64,000 bases of DNA from contig NC_068999.1 of the NCBI RefSeq assembly GCF_001194135.2, positions 1,218,250 through 1,282,249 of the forward strand, written 5' to 3'. This DNA is from Octopus bimaculoides (Eukaryota). The notes under the pieces are model-generated. The model was not told the origin of the DNA, did not search any database, and worked only from the letters and a program-made list of their open reading frames with translations. Below are positions 54,196 to 64,000 of the stretch, piece by piece (position 1 is the first letter of the stretch; every line of letters starts with the position of its first letter). A program made the translations under genes and the position numbers.

Positions 54196-56275
54196 CCACC
54201 ACTCTCATTAATGAGTTAATAATATTAAAATATTAACTGCGGCATCAGCAGAAGAAATATTATGCCTAGTCCCTTTTCCTTTCGATTTATACTCAGAATC
54301 GTATAATTGCCGTAGCTCAGTGAAGAAGAGCGTTTTCTTCTTTGTTGGGGTGGGGGCTTCAAATAACCATACATGGTCCAAATTCAGTTCCCTACCATAT
54401 TCACCCGCCACCAAAATATTTCTAGTTGAGCATGATCAAAGACCAAACTAATGCAATTGTATTGAAATCATTGGAAATTGTTTCAAAATTACTTATATAT
54501 AAATAATATTAATTCACCGAAAAAACTATAATCTTATTGATAGATGTTATTGCGTAGTATAATAGAATTATTTATTTTTCATATAAAATATAATAGTTGA
54601 ATATTTCATTTTCTAAAGATTGATGACGTATTTAACATACGTTAAAGTAATTTATCAGAAATTTGCACTAATTCCACCCTTCCATAATTTTGTTGTAATA
54701 TAGCATTGCAGAATAGCAAAATGAGAGTTAAAATAGTTCATATTTATGCCACAGCGGTTGGCTAGTTCAAATGGAAGATGTATATAAGTACAATATATAC
54801 ATGACAATCAGTGTGAGATGGGGAACTCTGTAACATCATGGACTAGGTACAGTACAGGAAAACGTTTCCCTCCAATGCAAAGTAACTATAAACATTACCG
54901 TTGATAGAACCCGTTCTGTTTAAAGTTTGGGTATCTTGCTTTCTATTTAATCGTGTATAAATCACCGCGCAGTCTGATAATTGCAAACACATTGATGTCG
55001 TATCATCGTTTATCAAGTTATCATGAATAGCATCAACCAGGATCTATGAAATCTAGACTGGAGCGATAGTGAATATCGTGTTGTTATTTCAATCGGCGGA
55101 TACCCAAAACTCCATTACGAAAGGACAGATTCAATAACTGAATTGATCCTATCTTGAGGACGATTTGGCCGTTAGTTTAGAAAGTTATGAAACAACTCGG
55201 AGCATTTCTTGTTTGTTTGTTCCAAGGTTACAATCATTAAAGGATTTCAACTGAAGCGTAAAATCTACTTTTCTAATCTACAACACTATAATTACTCACT
55301 GCTGTCAGTGAGTACGATTCGCGCTATGTAATACACACACACACACACACACATGCACGCACTCTCTCTCTCACACGCACACACAAACACATATACATAT
55401 GTGTATTTATATACGTATAACATATGCATATATATATAAGTTGGATCAAAAGCGTTCCAGCCATGCCAGTCTTGAACTTTACATGGTAAGCGTTACACGG
55501 ATGGCTTTATTCAATGTATACATTGTTAAGATGGCAGCCTGTGGCTTCAGGTAGATATAGCTGCTAATTTTAGTAGATAGAGCTATCACATATGTAGCAC
55601 CGCTACATAAAGATACTGTTGGTACTATTTAAGCTCCATTTCACCCTGGTATAACAGAACTATGTTTAACTATATTCTGTCTACGACATGCACACCTGTT
55701 TTTTTGAGGCCTAATGTTATGTAGATTCCATTAAGTGATACATCCAATTTTCAAGCAATGTGCTTAGCGTAGACTCAGAGCGATTCGGCCGCTATTTCTG
55801 GTAGAGTTTTCGAGCATGAATAGATCGCCGTGTACACATTATATGTAATGCCAGTATAACTGCGAAACTCGTGACTACACCCTAGAGGACGCGACGCAGT
55901 GCTGTTGCTAGCGAACGAACCAAACATCTCCCGCCTCAATGTCTAATAATATAATGTTTGTAACAAATTGCCGGGAAGAATTCAATTATACCAGATGCTG
56001 GTATTGAGAACATTGAACGATTTATTTTATTAGAACTACAGCATTTTGTAAACAGGACGATAGCACATTCACTTCCATTAAATATTGCCACTCAAAGGTT
56101 GCAGGTTTCACGTTTAATTGAAAAAGAGATAATTATTAATTTCCTGCCTATAGAATTGTTTTCCATTTTTATCACATCAATCATTAACTTAGGTGTATAA
56201 TTAACAATCTTGTTAATAACTAGCATGGCACCAATAAGCAATATGGAAGTCATATACGTATATACATACACACAC

Positions 56276-56317
<42 letters not shown>

Positions 56318-56751
56318 GTATGTATATATTTATATATGTATACATATATATACGTATATAGATATATGCATATACATANNNNNNNNNNNNNNNNNNNNNN
56401 NNNNNNNNNNNNNNNNNNNNNNNNNNNNNNNNNNNNNNNNNNNNNNNNNNNNNNNNNNNNNNNNNNNNNNNNNNNNNNNNNNNNNNNNNNNNNNNNNNNN
56501 NNNNNNNNNNNNNNNNNNNNNNNNNNNNNNNNNNNNNNNNNNNNNNNNNNNNNNNNNNNNNNNNNNNNNNNNNNNNNNNNNNNNNNNNNNNNNNNNNNNN
56601 NNNNNNNNNNNNNNNNNNNNNNNNNNNNNNNNNNNNNNNNNNNNNNNNNNNNNNNNNNNNNNNNNNNNNNNNNNNNNNNNNNNNNNNNNNNNNNNNNNNN
56701 NNNNNNNNNNNNNNNNNNNNNNNNNNNNNNNNNNNNNNNNNNNNNNNNNNT

Positions 56752-56786
<35 letters not shown>

Positions 56787-56918
56787 CATATGTACACGTA
56801 TACACGCACACACAAACTCACATGTACACAAAGAGAACGCCTATCCCGTTTACAGTTGCGGTTTCGTGTTCCTTAGGCAACATTCAACCTTTTCTGCCTG
56901 AAACGAATTTAACCCAAA

Positions 56919-57455
<537 letters not shown>

Positions 57456-59219
57456 ATCATTATCATTATTGTTGTTGTTTTGTTGTTGTTGTTATTCGCT
57501 TCAAATATGTATGTTTAGCATTAATTCATGTCGTTGAGACTTCAGCCTGCAATGCTCAGGAAATAATCTTCTCAATTGAACGAATTTCTACAAAATCTTA
57601 TCTAATTTCCCTTATTTTATTTTAATTATGTCACGCTTTCTCCTGACGTTTTCTCTCAGCCTTATTTATTCCAATGCATATATTTATGTTATTTTCGTTC
57701 CTTAATTTAAACTCATTAATAACATGATTTTTTCATCTATTTTTTAATTAAGTTTAAATGAGGAGAAACAAACGTGTGTTGAACTAATGGCGTTTTAGCT
57801 TAGAAGCATGTAAATTTCTGGCAGTTCTCGTTGCTTTTCTTTACTTGCTCACGAAAAATATTTTCTTAAAGTGGTGATGATATAAACATTAAGTTTTCTT
57901 TGTATATCATGGACTACCTTAATATGTTCTGCAGGTTGTAATTTGAGAGATTTTGTGATAACGTAGATTATTAAACTTTCCTGAAAAATGTATATCGGAA
58001 GGGCCTAATACATTACTGGTATGTATTCGATGGACGCCACTTAAACAAAATTCGATTGTTGGAAGTTCTAATTTGTCACTCGTTATGCTAATACTAATGT
58101 ACGCCCTCTTAGTACGTCCTCTTAAAAGAAGGAAAACAGTCTACATCTGAAAATAAAAGATATGTTCAAGGAGAATGATACGAAATAAGATTATATCATT
58201 TTTGTGTGAGGGATTTTCTTCGTAACGCTGCTCCGGCTCCGGGCAGACTTGCGGTCATTCTTCACTTATAACAAGCAATGCCCTGAAATGCATGACCTCT
58301 CAATAGGCCGGTCGTATCTCTTTCCACAAATATATTTCTGATTTAGTTTCTCTGTAATAATCCTCTAACAGTCCTCAATTTTTACAGTAAATTTTATATA
58401 TATTTTATTTTCCAAATCACATTAATTTCCAGTTCATATTTCCTCTAACAACGAAATGCCAGAGTTGTTTCCCCTCACCCACCCATGAAACACAGTATTA
58501 TTTGTTCCGGGTTTTTGAATGATGATTTCAAACCTCATCTAGATCAACCATGTCTTTCATCTTCTTTCCCTTCCCCCCATTTCACCACCCGTATGTATCA
58601 ATTAGAACTAATTGTTATTGCAATTAGAAAACGGACCATTTAAAGAGAAGATACGGAAATCGACCAGCACATTTGTGTGCAGTTAGTCTACAGTTTCTGC
58701 ATGGCATTCTTCAGTATTTTAGTTTTATTCATTAAATTGTTGAATTTTATCATTAACTTTAGTATCATGGCCGCGAAATTCCTTCCTCTATTCAGAATAT
58801 ACTAGCCCCTTCTTAAGCAAATAGGAAAAGCCCACCAATATAAGGGGATAAACTTACGAAATATCCTAGAATGTTAATAAGATAGACATCCAAACTACAT
58901 ATATGTGTATTTCCTAATGTTTGAATTACACGTTTAGTTAACTTTCATATCATGATCAACTGTTCTATATTTGTTGCCGGTAAACACCATTCGAAGAGAA
59001 CTCATAATGATTATTAAATTCTGCTATGACGAGATAATTTGCCGCGGTAATCAGGGAAAAATGTAACTAAAATTATTCACAATTAGACCATTAATATTTT
59101 ATATCTATAATCGCTTTTGTTATTCTGCCTGTTAATTAGAGCTCATTTAAAATATTTTCAAAAAGTTAGAACAAACAACGAAGTATTGAACGCTAACAAC
59201 CTAATCTATATTGGCATTT

Positions 59220-59275
59220 TGTTATTTGTTTCATTTTGTTGGTCACTGTCATTAGAGTACGGCCATGCTGGGACC
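59220..59275 (-). mobile_element. SINE 3' tip
   Basis: TTTGTTTCATT...GTACGGCCATGCTGG is the reverse complement of the CAGCATGGCC...GAAACAA end. Confidence 0.5.
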
Positions 59276-60092
59276 AGTAGTTGTTTGTAGATACCAGTAG
59301 ATACCAGTAGTTGTTTGTATAGTCATTATATTTTTCATCGTGATTTGCATATCAATTGACAATTTAATACATACGTACATACATATCTAAATATTTATAT
59401 ATATANNNNNNNNNNNNNNNNNNNNNNNNNNNNNNNNNNNNNNNNNNNNNNNNNNNNNNNNNNNNNNNNNNNNNNNNNNNNNNNNNNNNNNNNNNNNNNN
59501 NNNNNNNNNNNNNNNNNNNNNNNNNNNNNNNNNNNNNNNNNNNNNNNNNNNNNNNNNNNNNNNNNNNNNNNNNNNNNNNNNNNNNNNNNNNNNNNNNNNN
59601 NNNNNNNNNNNNNNNNNNNNNNNNNNNNNNNNNNNNNNNNNNNNNNNNNNNNNNNNNNNNNNNNNNNNNNNNNNNNNNNNNNNNNNAACTACTCATGCGT
59701 ACTTTGGAAATAAATGGAACAGCTGCCGAGGACCGCTGCTGCTGCTGCTGCCGTCGTCACCGCCGCTGCCTCCATGACCAATATTGATAAACTTTATCAG
59801 GCTAACCTTTACACTGACCTTCAGCGCCATCATCTACCACCACTATCATCACCACCACCACCACGACCACCAGCAAAAACACCCACTACAGCAACAGCAA
59901 CATCATTGTTTCCCGTATATTATTAGCTGCTATGCTGTGGGGACATTGAATTAGATATTACATAAAACCTGTTACAAGTGCATTGTAGGAGAAGCAGTAA
60001 TCGAAAAATCTACAGCAATCATACAATGAAATCCTTCACCTTGTGGCCTGCACGCATATTAATGTTTCGATCTTATTGCCTTTGCATTTCCG

Positions 60093-60830
60093 GTAGCTAT
60101 TATTCGGTGTAAACCAGGAAGGTAATGCAAGCAGTATCGGTGATTTGATAATTCCGGTGCAAGCCAGGAATATTTCTCACACAACCAGTATCGATGATTC
60201 GATAACTCGGGTGTATGCCAAGAATGAAACAAAGCAAAAACTGATGATTTAATATGTCGGTGCAAACCTGGAATTTAACTAAACCAGAAGTGTGGATTTA
60301 ATAAGTTGGGTGCAATGAAGTTAACAAAAATTGTATTCACGATTCCGTAACGCGGGGTGGGGTCAAATTATAATGTTAATGAAATCAAGAACTGTGAATT
60401 TCATAAATCTGAACCAATCTATGTAGTTACCAAAATTAGTAACGATGATTTAATTATGCGAGTTCAGTTATTCATGGCTGGTTTTAAAACCAATATATAG
60501 ATTTGATCATTGGAATGCAATCTCGGAATATTGGAAAAGCATTACTGATGTATGCATAACTCGAGAACACTCTATGCATGTAACACAACTAATATTACAA
60601 TTCATGATCTCCTCTTTGGGTACTAAGGATGGAAATTACATAATTAGTGTTAATGATTTGATAATTCGTGTGCACGATGTGTGCGTAAGAAAGCCAGTTA
60701 TGAGGATTCGATGAATCGGGTGTAACACATGGGTGTTTAGGTGAGAATATTATATGGAGTAATAATTCGGTGGTACGGATGCTTGTTGTGAATCTGACAA
60801 AACCACTTTGTGAATTCAAGGGATAGCTAA
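60093..60830 (+). repeat. Diverged ~50-bp minisatellite, about 14 units
   Basis: Core GATTYGATAAYTCGGGTG(C/T)A recurs at 60142, 60196, 60246, 60295, 60341, ~60397, 60447, 60500, ~60550, ~60600, 60655, 60705 and 60757 (spacing 46-56 bp). Confidence 0.8.
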
Positions 60831-62094
60831 GACTTATTAAAGGGGTAGTCATGACTTTGAGACTTTGAATTAAAGTTGACACTTCAGTATTTCGGATAAA
60901 TGAAAGGAGTGGATGGATGTGTTGCCGATGATACGTGAAGTAATGATGAAGAGTAGTAAGAACACGAAAAGTATAGAAAATACAGAAAAAAGGAGAAAGA
61001 TATAGAGAGACAGACATGTTTTAGTTGTTTATGTAGATGTAGTCGTGAGCTATCACAGGAAAATCTTGGTTAATGAGACATAACTGCACCAGATCAAAGA
61101 TTCTATATTATTCATAAATATTGTAAGTTCGTGTCTTTGAAGGAGTTTACGAAACGATAGAATCATCAAAGATTTCTTCTTTTAGTTGCCCTGTACTCAG
61201 CGTGGGGAACGATCGATCACCCTGTGCGTCAAAGGCCGAGAAGAATTAATGATTTTTTTTGTTTTTCCTTTGTTCTTTTTTTTTGTCAAGTATTGGCTTG
61301 TTGTTGGCGTTGCTGCATCTACAGTCGCACTTCCTCTTGAAGACTATGTTACGTTTTTCTTGTCGTTTTGATATGTTTTACATTATCCCAAGCAAATGAA
61401 ACAAGGACATTTTGTGAATCAAATTTGCTATAGAACCAAGTTCACCATCATTAGAACACTTATAAACCATTGATGACAGACTTTATATAAAAAAAAGAAG
61501 AAGCTGTTTGATACGTTAATAGATTACAGTTATTACTTGAGTTATATGGCGATGGAGCGGATGGCAAAAGCAAACGTCTTCTACATAATTTACAACGCAA
61601 GTGCAAAGNNNNNNNNNNNNNNNNNNNNNNNNNNNNNNNNNNNNNNNNNNNNNNNNNNNNNNNNNNNNNNNNNNNNNNNNNNNNNNNNNNNNNNNNNNNN
61701 NNNNNNNATATATATATATATAAGTAAAATGAATGCCATGGTAGGAATATTAATACAATACGTTGCTTCCGGTATTTAAATTTCATTGTTGTAATTGAAA
61801 TTGTGGCCATAATACATTTAGTTTAACTTAAAGAAATCTGAAGAAAATTGTTATTGAGGCAGCTATGGACTCCTCGAATCTACAACGTTATATCGGAGGA
61901 CGCTGTTGCAAAATTGCAGAAACACTCCATCATTCAAATAACTTGATCATTTGCATGACAGGAAAACTTTTCGCTTACAGAAGCCACCTGCATTAACAGG
62001 GACCACAACAGCAATGGTAGTGGAAATGCCAGTCATAATAAAAATAATAATGCTTGGCAATATATGCGCAAGGCCACGAGATTCGAAGAGAAGT

Positions 62095-62270
62095 TTAATC
62101 GATATCATCGCTGTAGTATGTGAGTAATGTTTTATTTTCTCAGCCTAGGAGAGCTAGAAAGTAAAGTTCGCCTCAGTGACGATTCGAACTCGTAACGTAA
62201 AGAACCGGAATAAAAAACTGAGAATGCATGCTTCCCTCGTGCTCTTACGATTTTGCCAACCCAGCATCTA
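62095..62270 (-). mobile_element. Diverged SINE
   Basis: AAAGTTCGCCTCAGTGACGATTCGAACTCGTAACGTAAAGAACCGG...CGATTTTGCCAAC matches the minus-strand SINE pattern. Confidence 0.7.
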
Positions 62271-62977
62271 CATTAACATACACATCCACGGTCATTAATT
62301 TTATTATATCCATGAGACGATATCCAACTGCAAATTAATCTGACTCCTCAAAATCTGTTCATAATATGTTGGGAAGGAAATTTACAAAGCTGCGCCAGCG
62401 ACGACTGTTTTAGAAACTAACACTCGATCTAAGATTGAAAAATACAATCCCTGATGCTTTGAGAGCAAGTTTTGGTTAATCTGTCTTATTTCGAAATAGT
62501 AATAAAATGCGGCGGCTGTATCTGCGTTGTAAATCAACGAGCTACTGTTGTCTGTGAAATCTTCCGTAAAATACAGTGCGGTACTGAAAAAAAATCATAG
62601 ACCGAATAGTTTGGTTTGGTGTTATGCTATTTCTAAAACAATAATACAAGAATGTCTTGGCTAATGTGTATTTGATGATAGGTCTAGACAGAATATTGTT
62701 TAAGAAACTAATGATCGATTGTTATCTTCATATAATTGAATACCTTGTCTAGTAACATTATTCCCGCACTGTTTTTAAATGTTTTTCAATTGTAAAATAA
62801 TTTCCACGTTATAATTACGTCAAATCTTTCTACGTTTTGTTTTCGCAGTTTACACCAAACAGAGATCTTGTTAAAAAGATTCATTCTTAATAAAACGTTT
62901 GAGTCCCTTACAGAATTACAGCTTCCAGTAAGCATTATTACATACATTACTTTACGACTTAAAAGCAGATCTAACAA

Positions 62978-63085
62978 TGTAAATATTATCAGTCGCACAT
63001 ACAAAGTACACGTGGTTTGTTCATACGCCAAATTTGGCGTATAGACAAACTACGTACGCGTTGTATGTGCGATTTATAATTTATG
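62978..63085. repeat. Imperfect spacer-less inverted repeat (~55-bp arms, centre 63032/63033)
   Basis: ATACGCCAAA|TTTGGCGTAT perfect core, GTTTGT/ACAAAC, and TCGCACATACAA/TTGTATGTGCGA 12-bp perfect outer block. Confidence 0.9.
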
Positions 63086-63649
63086 CATACTTATGTCTCA
63101 GCCACTGGCATATCAAAGCATGTTCAATACCTACCTACTTTATAGCATCGTTTTGTATCCAGACTCTTCTCTGGGGCAGATTTATCATTAAAGATCATAC
63201 AACACTTAATGTTCTTTTTCTTCTCAGATACCTTTGCAGTTTTGTCCGTGATGAAAGATCATCGTCCAGGTTCCTTGAATTTATCAGAAGGTCCTGATAA
63301 ACCCCATTTTCGGGGCTATTTGAATTCTTACTATCGGAGAACTAATTTTGTGTTATTACATAACTGACTTCACAATTTGCGTATTCATAACTTATTGGGA
63401 TTTCCTAAAAACAAGATCCTGTGTAAGACAGTTCGATATATTTCTGTAAATGCGCAAAAACCGTTTTAAGGGCTATTGCACATTTGTTATTGGATTAGCG
63501 AAACAATTATGAGAACGGAACCAAGGGTTCAGCCCTGCTTTCCCGGGAATTACCGGGTGCGTCAACTACTTAGTAATAATGATAAATGATGAAGTTTATG
63601 ATAGGCTGTCAATGTTACGAAAGAAATATATATAACTATAATAATAATA

Positions 63650-64000
63650 AAAGAAACGGAAAAACTTTCAAAATACAAAGACCTGGACATAGAGGTAACT
63701 CGAATGTGGTATCTAAAAACAGAAACAATTCCTATCATAGTAGGTGCCTTAGATATAATAAAAAAATATTCAGACAAATACATAACAAAAACACCAGGAC
63801 TTACAAATATATATAACATACAGAAAATTGCACTACTGGGCACTGCACACATCCTACGCAAAACACTTTCAATACAGTAAACATAAGAGCACCACAGCGA
63901 ACCACAGGACATACCCAAGGCACACAGAGCTGCGCTCGGTAGTGAAGTGAAAGCACGTTATAAAAATAAAACTACTGAACAATAATAATAATAATAATAA
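63650..64000 (+). mobile_element. 5'-truncated R4/Dong-type non-LTR retrotransposon 3' end with (AAT)n tail
   Basis: Uninterrupted frame 63650-63880: KETEKLSKYKDLDIEVTRMWYLKTETIPIIVGALDIIKK...QKIALLGTAHILRKTLSIQ*, then 3' UTR and (AAT)n; ATAATAATAA lies at the 5' junction. Confidence 0.9.

Noticed and set aside
59714-59926. 70-aa Ala/Pro/Thr-rich ORF as a gene
   Set aside because: Composition derives from GCT/ACC/ACA triplet runs; no recognisable domain or convincing splice context.
59978-59988. 11-nt match to the 5' end of miR-33 (GTGCATTGTAG)
   Set aside because: The remainder diverges and the surrounding hairpin is poor.
60093-60830. CRISPR array call
   Set aside because: Eukaryotic context, no cas genes, repeats far from identical, and the 'spacers' are related to each other.

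Overview
AT-rich eukaryotic non-coding DNA (intergenic or deep intronic) from a gapped short-read assembly. There are about 17 N-gaps, most bordered by (TA)n. Microsatellite density and the SINE sequences suggest an octopus/coleoid cephalopod genome; this is recognition from memory, not a database result. I found no recognisable cellular protein-coding gene, rRNA, true tRNA or CRISPR-Cas locus. Most ORFs in the track are microsatellite or N-gap artefacts. Recognisable content is decayed mobile DNA: two L1/Tx1-type LINE remnants (one with ORF1 and ORF2 pieces in opposite orientation), an RTE-type 3' end and endonuclease fragment, two R4/Dong-type RLE 3' ends embedded in AAT/AAC microsatellites, a mariner 5' end, a Penelope-like terminal repeat and many tRNA-derived SINEs. 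Best second-look items: a diverged ~50-bp tandem array with a conserved core (60.1-60.8 kb), two minimal hammerhead-ribozyme-like motifs (15.9 and 24.4 kb) and a ~110-bp spacer-less palindrome (63.0 kb).
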